NCBI GenBank assembly: GCA_015057165.1
Contig: SVEY01000010.1
Coordinates: 16,027 to 80,026, forward strand
Direction of reading: 5' to 3'
Length of the DNA: 64,000 nt
Source of the DNA: Lachnospiraceae bacterium
Lineage (GTDB): Bacteria; Bacillota; Clostridia; Lachnospirales; Lachnospiraceae
Made by a program: the position numbers and the translations under genes. This document shows, piece by piece, positions 25,813 through 35,634 of this stretch (the stretch's first letter is position 1; each line of letters opens with the position of its first letter). The notes beneath the pieces were generated by a model, which did not search any database, was not told the DNA's origin, and was given only the letters and a program-made list of their open reading frames with translations.

Positions 25813-27366
25813 CTATAAACCATTGACATTCTCATTACCATTGGCATTTTCATTAACGTTCCCGTTAGCATCAGCATTTTCAGTATTAGTATTGCTATTA
25901 TTAGCATTATTATATCTACTTGTATTACTTGCTGTCCCATTATTGGTACTGTTCGTTAAGGTAGCATTTGTAACTGGATCCGGTATGGCAGCATTAACAG
26001 ATGTCAAATACTCTTTTGATTGCTTAACCCATTTACTATTAGGAACAAATTGTACTAGCATTTGATGATACTTAGTAGCATTAGCAATATCATTTAACTT
26101 GGCATAACTATCTGCAAGATAATACAAAGCGTTACCATTCTGGTATGATGGATCTATATTAACAACTGTTGTAAATTCTGTAATTGCTTCTTCATACTTC
26201 TGTTGCTTGTATGCAGTATTACCCTTATTATAGCTTTCTCTCATGATATAATCATTAACTGGTTTAATGACTTCATCATATATTGCTTTTCCATTAACAT
26301 CAAGTACGTCAGGATTAACAACCTTAATACATTCAGTAGCTTTCTTGATGTCTCCTGACTTGTAGGCATTATAACCCTCAATCAGCTTATCATAACTTGT
26401 TGCAACATCACCCTTGCCATTATATTTTGCAAGTTCATCCTGAAGGGTCTTAACCTGGTTCTTAAGGGTTGAGATACTAGATGATGTACCAGCCACTTCT
26501 TCATTAGCGTCAACCAAGGCATTTGCAGCATCAGTCTGAGCTTTTTGCTTTACAGTAGGCACCACAAGAACAAAGCATATTAAAAGACCTATTACAAGAC
26601 CAATAGCAATATTAATAATACTGTTCTTAGAATTATCAAACCAATCAACAAATTTGTTGCCATTATTAGGCATCATTATTGTCTCATTACCATCTGTAAA
26701 GGATATAATATCATCCCTTTTCTTCTTTTTCTTCTTATCGCTTTCCTTCGCCTTAAGACCTTCTTTTACCTCAATCATATACCTAAGGGTCGTAGTACTT
26801 CTTGCATCAACCTTATTAGCAGCACTCAGAGCCTTACGAGCCTCTTCGTATTCACCATCCTGTATACATAGGAGGGCTAATAATTGATGGGCAGCAACCA
26901 TCTTTGGATTCTGACCAAGTACACGTCGAAGTTGTATTCTTGCAAGATCTCTATTACCCTGACGACAATAATCAAGAGCCTGATTATATTTCTTAATAGT
27001 TAAACTAACACCATCTAGAAGACCAGGTGTATTCTGCAGCTCGTCAAGATACATATCTACTCTATTATTCTCAGGTTGAAGATTCTTACTTATGACCCAT
27101 TCAGCAAGAGCTTTAACAGCTTCTCCTACTTCATAGTAAATAAGACCAAGAAGATTTCTTCCATCAGTATGATATTTATTACACTTAAGACACATCTTAA
27201 GATCTCTAATTGCACCAGATAAATCTCTAACCTGCGCTTTCTTAAGTCCATCATTATAATAGGCATCTGACAACGCAAGAATCCTTCTATACACATGAAG
27301 ATTCGAGCCACACACAGGGCAAGTATTAAGATTATCAGTCTCTGCTCCACATTTATAACAATTCAT
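25813..27366 (-). CDS. Zinc-ribbon / TPR-repeat membrane protein with an Asn-rich tail
   Basis: 517 aa. N-terminal CxxC-N10-CxxC, TPR-like repeats on both sides of one TM segment, and a C-terminal low-complexity N/T tail. Confidence 0.7.
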   Translation of the reverse strand: MNCYKCGAETDNLNTCPVCGSNLHVYRRILALSDAYYNDGLKKAQVRDLSGAIRDLKMCLKCNKYHTDGRNLLGLIYYEVGEAVKALAEWVISKNLQPENNRVDMYLDELQNTPGLLDGVSLTIKKYNQALDYCRQGNRDLARIQLRRVLGQNPKMVAAHQLLALLCIQDGEYEEARKALSAANKVDARSTTTLRYMIEVKEGLKAKESDKKKKKKRDDIISFTDGNETIMMPNNGNKFVDWFDNSKNSIINIAIGLVIGLLICFVLVVPTVKQKAQTDAANALVDANEEVAGTSSSISTLKNQVKTLQDELAKYNGKGDVATSYDKLIEGYNAYKSGDIKKATECIKVVNPDVLDVNGKAIYDEVIKPVNDYIMRESYNKGNTAYKQQKYEEAITEFTTVVNIDPSYQNGNALYYLADSYAKLNDIANATKYHQMLVQFVPNSKWVKQSKEYLTSVNAAIPDPVTNATLTNSTNNGTASNTSRYNNANNSNTNTENADANGNVNENANGNENVNGL

Positions 27367-27369
27367 TAA

Positions 27370-27510
27370 TTACTTTCCCTCGCTCTTTTCAACCATTTCA
27401 CGCAAAATATCTGTAAGATCAGTAATGTCAGTATTATGAATAGCATCTGCTGCTTCTTCAACTTCTTTAATAGGTTCAAATTGTTTTAATTCTTCTTCGA
27501 AATCAATCAT
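27370..27510 (-). CDS. Small acidic protein (46 aa), not in the ORF track
   Basis: My translation is MIDFEEELKQFEPIKEVEEAADAIHNTDITDLTDILREMVEKSEGK. An AGGAGG RBS lies 8 nt upstream, and the stop is 3 nt before the start of the TPR gene. Confidence 0.5.
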   Translation of the reverse strand: MIDFEEELKQFEPIKEVEEAADAIHNTDITDLTDILREMVEKSEGK

Positions 27511-27534
27511 TTTATTCCTCCTAAGCTATATCTA

Positions 27535-27957
27535 TTACAAGCTAAAACCAACTGGTAATAATTCCTTTAATGTGTAACTTTCGTTCTCAAACCCTTTCTC
27601 AACAATTATTTTAAAATCATCATCACAGAACTCCCTCATAACCTGAAGGCATGAACCACATGGAAAGAATGACTCACCAACATCTCCGTTCTTGATTCCT
27701 GTAATTGCAATGGCTTCAAACTCAGTATCACCTTGGGCAATGGCAGTATAAATAGCTACTCTTTCAGCACATATAGTTGCTGAATATGAACTATTCTCCA
27801 CATTACATCCAAAATATACTTTTCCACCCTTTGTAAGAAGCGCGGCACCAACATTAATATTAGAATATGGTGCATAAGATCTAGGAAGTAATTCCTTAGC
27901 AAGTTCCATTAGGATATCATCTGTAATTTCAACCCCATCAAATAACATATCATCCAT
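27535..27957 (-). CDS. cdd: Cytidine deaminase
   Basis: 140 aa with CAER...PCGSCLQ zinc-binding motifs. Confidence 0.9.
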   Translation of the reverse strand: MDDMLFDGVEITDDILMELAKELLPRSYAPYSNINVGAALLTKGGKVYFGCNVENSSYSATICAERVAIYTAIAQGDTEFEAIAITGIKNGDVGESFFPCGSCLQVMREFCDDDFKIIVEKGFENESYTLKELLPVGFSL

Positions 27958-27976
27958 AACAAATGCCTCCTACCTC

Positions 27977-28633
27977 TTAATTATTGTTCTTAACAAGCTT
28001 AACTATCCTTGATGTACCCAGGCGATTTGCACCTATATCAAGATATTTGTCAGCATCTTCTATGCTACTAATTCCACCTGCTGCTTTAATACACTTAGAA
28101 GAATTGATATTATTCTTCATAAGCTCTACAACTCTAAAATTAGCCCCCTCTGTAGAAAATCCTGTTGATGTCTTAATATAATCCGCATCAGACTTATTAA
28201 TAACATTACACATATTAACTATCTCGTCATCTGTAAGAAGGCAGGTCTCAATTATAACTTTAAGAAGTCTTCCTTTGCATGCTTTTTTGACTTTATTTAT
28301 CTCATCTAAAATATCGTCAAATCTTCCTTCTTTTGCCCATCCTACGTTAATCACCATGTCTATCTCATCAGCGCCGTTATTTACAGCATCTTCTGCTTCA
28401 TAGCATTTCACAGAAGTTGTGGAATAGCCATTTGGAAATCCAATTACAGTGCATACTTTAATACTCCCTTGGGCGTATTCACTTGCTCTTTTTACAAATG
28501 ATGGAGGAATACATACAGACGCCGTCTTATATTGTATCCCATCATCTACTATTGCTTTAATTTCATCCCAAGTAGAATCTACCCCAAGAAGAGTATGATC
28601 AACTTTGCTAAGAATTTCTTCTATCTTTCTCAT
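27977..28633 (-). CDS. deoC: Deoxyribose-phosphate aldolase
   Basis: 218 aa. IDHTLL.., DMVIN.. and the ..IKTSTGF catalytic lysine motif. Confidence 0.92.
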   Translation of the reverse strand: MRKIEEILSKVDHTLLGVDSTWDEIKAIVDDGIQYKTASVCIPPSFVKRASEYAQGSIKVCTVIGFPNGYSTTSVKCYEAEDAVNNGADEIDMVINVGWAKEGRFDDILDEINKVKKACKGRLLKVIIETCLLTDDEIVNMCNVINKSDADYIKTSTGFSTEGANFRVVELMKNNINSSKCIKAAGGISSIEDADKYLDIGANRLGTSRIVKLVKNNN

Positions 28634-28692
28634 TCTTATTCCTTTATAGTAATTCTAATCTGTAATGCTTAGCAAATTCCTTACAATAATAA

Positions 28693-31347
28693 CTAACCAA
28701 GATTTGCAAGGCTTTTCTCAACATCCTTCATCATTGTCTCATACATCTTGAGTTTCTCTTTCTCATCAAGGACCTTAACTTCAGGTGCTTTTTTCAAGAA
28801 ATTCTCGTTAGACAACATTCCTCTAGATCTTGCTAATTCTTTAGCTAGTCTCTCTTTTTCTTTGAGAAGTCTCTCTCTTTCCTTCTCAACATCTACTAGT
28901 TCTTCAAATGGAATATAAATAACTGCATCTGGAATAACAACAGATATTGCATCACCGGGTATTCCCTCTGTTCCTTTCTGAATAGATACGGATGCAATAC
29001 CTCCTAAAGCCTTATACATAGTCTGTACTTCCTGATAAATATTAAGTACATGCTCACTCTCGCTTGTAATAATAATGTGTGGCTTCTTATTGTGAGGAAC
29101 TTCCATCTCAGCACGAACAGTTCTCATTCCCTTTATAAGATTCTTGGTTCTTCTTATCTTCTCTTCTGCATCTGTATAATTCCATTCACTCTTATATTTA
29201 GGCCATGAAGCAAGCATAATAGATTCTTCTTCCGGAAGTAAATTACAGTAAATTTCTTCTGTAATAAATGGCATAAATGGATGTAATAGCACCAAACTCT
29301 GAGATAGTACTGTTTTAAGTGTCCAAAATGCTGCATTAGCATGACGCTTCTTATCTTCCTTATTGAATATACGTGGTTTAACAAATTCAATATAGTAGTC
29401 GCAGAACTCATCCCAAATAAAATCATATATTTTGGATACTGCTATACCCAGTTCAAATTTGTCCATATTATATGTTACTTCATCTACAAGATTATTAAAC
29501 TCAGACAGAATCCATTTATCAGCATTTACTAATTCACTTTCATCAGGTGTCTCTATAGTCTCTCCCTCAAGGTGCATCATAATAAACCTTGAAGCATTCC
29601 ATATCTTGTTAGCAAAGTTACGAGAATTCTGTACTTTCTCATCATAGAAACGCATGTCATTTCCTGGAGCGTTTCCTGTCATAAGTGTAAGTCTTAGGGC
29701 ATCAGCACCATACTCATCTATTACTTCTAATGGATCAATACCATTTCCTAGAGACTTACTCATTTTACGGCCTTTAGAATCCCTAACAAGTCCATGAATT
29801 AAAACTGTGTCAAATGGAGATTTGCCAGTATGTTCATATCCAGAAAATACCATTCTTACAACCCAGAAGAAGATAATATCATATCCTGTAACCAGCACAT
29901 TTGTTGGATAGAAATAATCTAATTCTTCTGTCTTCTCTGGCCAGCCTAGTGTAGAGAAAGGCCAAAGGGCTGATGAGAACCATGTATCTAATGTATCTTC
30001 ATCCTGCTTCATATGAGTGCATCCACATTTAGGACATACAGTTGGAGCCTCACTACTTTTTGCTACTACCATTTCACCACATTCTTCACAATAATATGCA
30101 GGTATTCTATGCCCCCACCATAGCTGCCTAGAGATACACCAGTCTCTTATATTCTCTAACCAATGAAGATATGTCTTGTCGTAATTCTTTGGTACGAATT
30201 TCAACTCTTCTTTCTTAATTGCTTCAATGGCTGGTTTTGCAAGTTCTTGCATTGCAACAAACCACTGTGGCTTAACCATTGGCTCAACTGTTGTACCACA
30301 TCTATCATGTGTTCCAACATTATGAGTATGATCTTCTATTTTTACAAGAAGTCCCATCTCATCCATTTTCTTAACAATAATGTCTCTTGCTTCATAGCGA
30401 TCCATTCCTTGGAATTCTCCGCCATTCTCATTAATAGTTGCATCATCATTAAGAACATTAATAACTTCAAGATTATGTCTCTTACCAACTTCGAAATCGT
30501 TAGGGTCATGAGCCGGTGTGATCTTAACAACACCAGTTCCAAATTCCATATCAACATATTCATCTGCAAGTACAGGAATTTCTCTGTTAACGAAAGGAAG
30601 TAGGACTTTCTTTCCAACAATATCCTTATATCTGTCATCTTTTGGATTAACTGCAACTGCTGTATCACCAAGCATTGTCTCCGGTCTTGTTGTTGCAAAT
30701 TCCACATACTTACCAGGTTCTCCAACAATCTCATATCTCATATGCCAGAAATGACCTGCCTGTTCTTCGTGCTCTACTTCTGCGTCGCTAATTGTAGTAT
30801 GACAAACCGGGCAATAATTAATAATCTTATTGCCTTTGTATATATATCCCTTTTTATATAGATTAACAAATACTTCTTCTACAGCTTTAGAGCAACCCTC
30901 ATCCATTGTGAATCGTTCTCTCTCCCAGTCTGCTGCAGAACCTATCTTCTTAAGCTGATTAACTATACGAGAACCATACTCTTCCTTCCATTCCCAGCAT
31001 TTCTCAAGAAAGCCTTCACGTCCAAGAGACTCCTTACTGATTCCCTGTTCTTTCAAATGCTCTATAACTTTAACTTCTGTTGCAATAGCCGCATGGTCAA
31101 CACCTGGTTGCCATAGGGCGTTATACCCCTGCATCTTCTTGTATCTAATAAGGATGTCTTGCATTGTATTATCAAGAGCATGTCCCATATGCAACTGACC
31201 TGTAATATTAGGTGGTGGCATAACTATTGTAAAAGGTTTCTTACTTCTATCTACTTCTGCATGAAAATATCCATTTTCTTCCCATTTCTTATATAGTCTC
31301 TCTTCAATGCCCTTTGGGTCATATGTTTTAGCTAGTTCCTTAGCCAT
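28693..31347 (-). CDS. valS: Valine--tRNA ligase
   Basis: 884 aa. PPNITGQLHMGH (HIGH) and KMSKS motifs, plus a coiled-coil C-terminus. Confidence 0.98.
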   Translation of the reverse strand: MAKELAKTYDPKGIEERLYKKWEENGYFHAEVDRSKKPFTIVMPPPNITGQLHMGHALDNTMQDILIRYKKMQGYNALWQPGVDHAAIATEVKVIEHLKEQGISKESLGREGFLEKCWEWKEEYGSRIVNQLKKIGSAADWERERFTMDEGCSKAVEEVFVNLYKKGYIYKGNKIINYCPVCHTTISDAEVEHEEQAGHFWHMRYEIVGEPGKYVEFATTRPETMLGDTAVAVNPKDDRYKDIVGKKVLLPFVNREIPVLADEYVDMEFGTGVVKITPAHDPNDFEVGKRHNLEVINVLNDDATINENGGEFQGMDRYEARDIIVKKMDEMGLLVKIEDHTHNVGTHDRCGTTVEPMVKPQWFVAMQELAKPAIEAIKKEELKFVPKNYDKTYLHWLENIRDWCISRQLWWGHRIPAYYCEECGEMVVAKSSEAPTVCPKCGCTHMKQDEDTLDTWFSSALWPFSTLGWPEKTEELDYFYPTNVLVTGYDIIFFWVVRMVFSGYEHTGKSPFDTVLIHGLVRDSKGRKMSKSLGNGIDPLEVIDEYGADALRLTLMTGNAPGNDMRFYDEKVQNSRNFANKIWNASRFIMMHLEGETIETPDESELVNADKWILSEFNNLVDEVTYNMDKFELGIAVSKIYDFIWDEFCDYYIEFVKPRIFNKEDKKRHANAAFWTLKTVLSQSLVLLHPFMPFITEEIYCNLLPEEESIMLASWPKYKSEWNYTDAEEKIRRTKNLIKGMRTVRAEMEVPHNKKPHIIITSESEHVLNIYQEVQTMYKALGGIASVSIQKGTEGIPGDAISVVIPDAVIYIPFEELVDVEKERERLLKEKERLAKELARSRGMLSNENFLKKAPEVKVLDEKEKLKMYETMMKDVEKSLANLG

Positions 31348-31440
31348 TTTTATTCTCCATTTCTAATATTTTCTTTTTTTGAAAAAGCAAATTTCCTCAC
31401 TATTTCAACCCAAAATTATACCATAAATCAAGCTACTTTA

Positions 31441-32376
31441 CTATACCCATAGTCTCATCCACAAGGAATGTTTCTTTCTATCCATACCATTCTTTCTGTA
31501 AAATGCCATACGCTCTATTTTCCTCTTATTATTTAGGCGAATAAGATCCATAAGAAACTTCTTTGTGTTGGTATCAATTCCTGACACAAACATAAGCTGT
31601 TTTGCAATGTTTACTTCACTTTGGTGAAATCTTCGCTTCTTTTTAGCGAACTCTCCTGTTACCATATCTTTAGCATTTCTAACAACTTTATCCTTTCGGC
31701 CTTCAAATTCTGCTCCCATTACATTTTTCTCATGCTGTCTGTAATATAACAATGGTTCATCTATTACATTTATAATTCCAGTTGCGGCAGCCACACACAT
31801 AATCCACTGATCGTGCATAGGAATATCTCTTGCATCATTATACTCAAGACTCCTGTCCCTAAGGGCCTTATTAATAATCATAGTACAACCTGCTGCAGGA
31901 TTATCTATTAGAAGTTGAGGTAGTTTATTTCTGTAAATATCTCTTCCAATATATTTTATAAAAGAATTAGAAAGAACATTTAAATCATTGTCCACAACAT
32001 ACATATCTGAATGTATTGCGCAAGGCGTTTCATTCCTGTCTTTTGATACGATTTCAATTCGATCTATTAGTTTCTCAACTTTATCTTCACACCATACATC
32101 ATCCTGATCTGCAAACATATAATAGTCTGCCTCCACCTTTCTTAGCATGGAGAAAAAGTTATTCTTTGCACCTTTCTTTGACTCATACTCTAATAGTTTA
32201 AAGTTATTCTTTCCTTTTATCCATTTCTTAATTACAGAAACCGTATTGTCTCTAGAACCATCGTCATGTATGTAACACACGAAATCCTTCCTGGTCTGAC
32301 GTTCTATCGAATCCAACAACTCCTCTATATACTTTTCTCCATTATATGTGGCAAGAAGTACTGCATATTTATTCAT
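31441..32376 (-). CDS. Family 2 glycosyltransferase
   Basis: 311 aa. AVLLATYNGEKYI...HDDGSRDNT...DQDD motifs. Confidence 0.85.
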   Translation of the reverse strand: MNKYAVLLATYNGEKYIEELLDSIERQTRKDFVCYIHDDGSRDNTVSVIKKWIKGKNNFKLLEYESKKGAKNNFFSMLRKVEADYYMFADQDDVWCEDKVEKLIDRIEIVSKDRNETPCAIHSDMYVVDNDLNVLSNSFIKYIGRDIYRNKLPQLLIDNPAAGCTMIINKALRDRSLEYNDARDIPMHDQWIMCVAAATGIINVIDEPLLYYRQHEKNVMGAEFEGRKDKVVRNAKDMVTGEFAKKKRRFHQSEVNIAKQLMFVSGIDTNTKKFLMDLIRLNNKRKIERMAFYRKNGMDRKKHSLWMRLWV

Positions 32377-32394
32377 TTTCTATCTCCATTTTAA

Positions 32395-33273
32395 CTATCT
32401 ATTAAACCCTAGTGGTGTTCTTGTCATAAATTTATACACCATATTTCTTCCAAGTATTCCAAAATTCTTAGAACTTATAACAATCTTATCTTTCTTATTA
32501 CCCATTCTAAATTTCGCTTTATAATCAATCATCTTCCTTAGAGCTTTTACATACTCATATGGGAAATATTCTATTTCATCTAAGTAGTTGCAGAACTCAA
32601 TTGTAGACACATCTGTCACCCTTGTATCCGAAGACAGGTTGCTACCAGTATATTTATGAAGATATAACACCTTATCGATATACCTGAATTCCACATTGCG
32701 AGACAGCATAAGAAGCCATAGGAAGTAATCATCTGCCCCATTATACGTACATATATATTCAGTCCATTCTATAGGTATTGCTTTCTTGTATATGCAACAA
32801 TGACCTGGCGATATGATTTGTGTTCCTACATCGCAATAGCATTGGATATCTCCTATTCTTTTTGTATGATATTTACTTCTATACCATTTTAGATATCCTT
32901 CCTTCTGACCTAATGCAGCATTGCATACAAGAACCTCTTCTTTGTGATTTGCATTTTCAATATAAGTTCTTATTGCGTTCTTACCTAGCAAATCATCCTG
33001 ATCTAAAAATATAACGTATTCACCACTTGATTCTCCAAGGCCGTTTATTCTTGTTCTATGAATCCCCATATTAGAAGGATTATTAATTATTTTCAATTCA
33101 ACATTTTCACAATTTATCTCTATATCTATCTCTTCATCAGGGCTGTCATTTACAAGAATGACTTCTATACTATCGCCACTATTTAATCGAGCAGCATTTC
33201 TTCTTATCATTCTTGCATAATCTCTCATATATTCTTTGCCCTTATAATAAGCAGTTATAATCGATACTACCAT
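32395..33273 (-). CDS. Family 2 glycosyltransferase
   Basis: 292 aa. SIITAYYKG...NDSPD...LDQDD motifs. Confidence 0.8.
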   Translation of the reverse strand: MVVSIITAYYKGKEYMRDYARMIRRNAARLNSGDSIEVILVNDSPDEEIDIEINCENVELKIINNPSNMGIHRTRINGLGESSGEYVIFLDQDDLLGKNAIRTYIENANHKEEVLVCNAALGQKEGYLKWYRSKYHTKRIGDIQCYCDVGTQIISPGHCCIYKKAIPIEWTEYICTYNGADDYFLWLLMLSRNVEFRYIDKVLYLHKYTGSNLSSDTRVTDVSTIEFCNYLDEIEYFPYEYVKALRKMIDYKAKFRMGNKKDKIVISSKNFGILGRNMVYKFMTRTPLGFNR

Positions 33274-33282
33274 TTATTCCTC

Positions 33283-34071
33283 CTAGAAACTCTCTTTGTA
33301 CTTTTTCCCAATGAACTTTGCCTTTAAGAATGACGTACCCTTGTTAATCCAGTTAACCGGCTCCATATGAATACATCTTACTTCTTTAATGGTAAGACCC
33401 TTCCTCATATTATAATCAAGCCATATATTAAAAAGTATCTCGCTTACTCTCCCATAAACCCTTGCCTCAAAATCGCTACTTTGAGACAAGTCTATATTAG
33501 GTTCCATCCTTCTCAATATATCAAATAACCATTGGCAATAACTATCCCATATTTCCTTTCTTGATATAAACATATTGAACATATATCCCCAGGTTCTGTG
33601 ATACACCCTATTACAAGAAGGTATGTATTCAGGGTAATGCTTCGCTATTAGTTTATACGCAACCCTTAAATGCCTGCCGTCAAGTGTGTGATCATAATGA
33701 GAATACAAGGATTCAATATAATACCTTCTTTTACTGGGAACTATTATATCTGCTTCTCTAAGGCATTTTTTTGCATCATTAATTGTAAGTATATTTTGAA
33801 AAGGGTCTTTGCTTCTTCTTCTTTCCAGCGTAGCGAAATATCTCCTATAATGAACAAGTCCTATATACTCAGTATCAATATTTTTCCACCCATAATACAT
33901 TCCGGTGAGTTCAGAATAAGTGCTGTTCTTACTTGAGATATTGTCTCCTTTATCATCTCTTTCATATCCAATATCTTCCTTTCCCTCAGCACCAACCTGA
34001 ATTGGAAGATACATATCAGATTCAGGCATTCTATACTTTTTATGAGTTGCAACAATAATTTTAATATCCAT
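33283..34071 (-). CDS. DUF4422-like (glycosyltransferase-associated) protein
   Basis: MDIKIIVATHKKY..MYLPIQVGA...SELTGMYYGWKN. I chose the ATG at 34071 behind an AAGGGAAG RBS. Confidence 0.7.
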   Translation of the reverse strand: MDIKIIVATHKKYRMPESDMYLPIQVGAEGKEDIGYERDDKGDNISSKNSTYSELTGMYYGWKNIDTEYIGLVHYRRYFATLERRRSKDPFQNILTINDAKKCLREADIIVPSKRRYYIESLYSHYDHTLDGRHLRVAYKLIAKHYPEYIPSCNRVYHRTWGYMFNMFISRKEIWDSYCQWLFDILRRMEPNIDLSQSSDFEARVYGRVSEILFNIWLDYNMRKGLTIKEVRCIHMEPVNWINKGTSFLKAKFIGKKYKESF

Positions 34072-34152
34072 TTTACTTCCCTTTGCCATACAACTAAACA
34101 AAGGCACCGAATATACTTCGATGCCTCATCATTTCTAATTGAATTATTCTAT

Positions 34153-34281
34153 CTATTCTTCGTCGTTATCTCTCTTCTGTGATGCTGCACCTGATACTGC
34201 TGCAATAACTGCAATTATCGCCGCAATTATAGCTACACCAACTATTGAAACGAAAAATATTAAAAACCCTGTCTCTGTCAT
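34153..34281 (-). CDS. Possible small single-TM protein (42 aa), not in the ORF track
   Basis: My translation is MTETGFLIFFVSIVGVAIIAAIIAVIAAVSGAASQKRDNDEE, with a GAAGGAAGG RBS. Confidence 0.35.
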   Translation of the reverse strand: MTETGFLIFFVSIVGVAIIAAIIAVIAAVSGAASQKRDNDEE

Positions 34282-34355
34282 ACCAAAACCTTCCTTCTGT
34301 TGTTTTATTCCCTTGCGACAATAATATCATACAAAGAAGATAAACTCAAACACAA

Positions 34356-34760
34356 TCATGAGAAATGTCTCATTTTATCAGACTCATGAGTTTTCTTAAG
34401 TTCAGGTTTAGGCATTTCAGGTCTTGCTGAAGCTTTGGCAAATACATTCGCCTGATTTCTCTTACAAGCATCACAATATCTACCAGTTTTAATATTAGCA
34501 CCACATGTCTCGCACTGAAATACAACTGGTGAATCATCAGCGAATTGTAATCTCTCTTCCTTAACCCATTGTTTAATCTGTCTAGGTGTAACATCATTTT
34601 CTTGAGACACCTGGTTTATTGTGGCACCGGGATGCTCTCTTACATATTCCTTTACTTCCTGGAATTTAAGATCTGCGTGCTCTTTACACACCTGGCAAAT
34701 AGGTGGTCCACTTAGATAATTAAAAATTCTTCCGCAATTTCTACAGTTTCTCACATCCAT
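34356..34760 (-). CDS. YvyF-like zinc-ribbon protein associated with flagellar operons (TIGR03826-like)
   Basis: 134 aa with NCRNCGRIFNY..CQVC and a second CETCG..CDAC ribbon. It lies directly downstream of comFC, as in the Bacillus comF-yvyF arrangement. Confidence 0.65.
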   Translation of the reverse strand: MDVRNCRNCGRIFNYLSGPPICQVCKEHADLKFQEVKEYVREHPGATINQVSQENDVTPRQIKQWVKEERLQFADDSPVVFQCETCGANIKTGRYCDACKRNQANVFAKASARPEMPKPELKKTHESDKMRHFS

Positions 34761-34777
34761 TTACTTATCCCCCTTCA

Positions 34778-35497
34778 TTAGCTAGAATATCCTTTTCCCA
34801 CACACATACACAAGCCATAGACTTCTTTAACTCCTGCATCATGCAGAACCTTGGCAACTGAGTCTAAGGTTGCTCCTGTAGTATAAATATCGTCAATTAG
34901 TAATACTCTCTTTAATTGTAACCCTTTTCCCGAAAAATTAAAAGCATTTTTAAGATTTTTTTGCCTTTGTGTGTCGCTTAATCCCTTCATGGGAATTGTT
35001 TTTCTTGTTCTGTATACAATATTGTTATATAAAGGTATTTTTATTTCCTTAGAAAGCTGTGCTGCTATTATTTCAGCCTGATTATATCCTCTTTCCTTCT
35101 GTTTCTTTTTATACATAGGAACCGGAACAATTCCATCTACCTCTAATGACCTTATCCATTCCCCGTGCATCCTCAGGATATCCCTTGTAAATGTGTATTT
35201 ATAGCATCGTCTATTACTATACTTGAAACGATACATACACGGTTTTATATTGCCTTCGTATACATATACGCCTTTAGATTGACTAAAATAATGCATTTTA
35301 TTCTGACAGTCTTGGCAGAATTCTTTATTATAATCATCAATCACTTTACCGCACTTCTTACATACAGGCTCCATTGCATACTTTATTTTCTTGTAGCATT
35401 TCTCACAAAAGCCAATCTTGTATCTGCTATAATCTAAGACTTTATCACAAGCAATACATCTTTTAGGATATAACAAAGCACTTATTATTTTTTTCAT
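34778..35497 (-). CDS. comFC: ComF-family (ComFC) phosphoribosyltransferase-like competence protein
   Basis: 239 aa. N-terminal Cys-rich zinc finger and the C-terminal PRTase motif VLLIDDIYTTGATL. Confidence 0.85.
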   Translation of the reverse strand: MKKIISALLYPKRCIACDKVLDYSRYKIGFCEKCYKKIKYAMEPVCKKCGKVIDDYNKEFCQDCQNKMHYFSQSKGVYVYEGNIKPCMYRFKYSNRRCYKYTFTRDILRMHGEWIRSLEVDGIVPVPMYKKKQKERGYNQAEIIAAQLSKEIKIPLYNNIVYRTRKTIPMKGLSDTQRQKNLKNAFNFSGKGLQLKRVLLIDDIYTTGATLDSVAKVLHDAGVKEVYGLCMCVGKGYSS

Positions 35498-35634
35498 AAA
35501 CCTTACCTCCTACCACACATATGAAAGCAAGGCATATTCAAATCAAATTCATTAAAATAATATTATATTATTGTTGACTTTAATTCAATTTGAAATTAAA
35601 ATTTTATCGTAGCAAAACAAAAAAGGAGTCTACA

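Noticed and set aside
31348-31440. Looked for a T-box leader upstream of valS
   Set aside because: Only 93 nt are available. There is no T-box sequence (AANNNGGGTGGTACCGCG-like), no specifier hairpin and no terminator.
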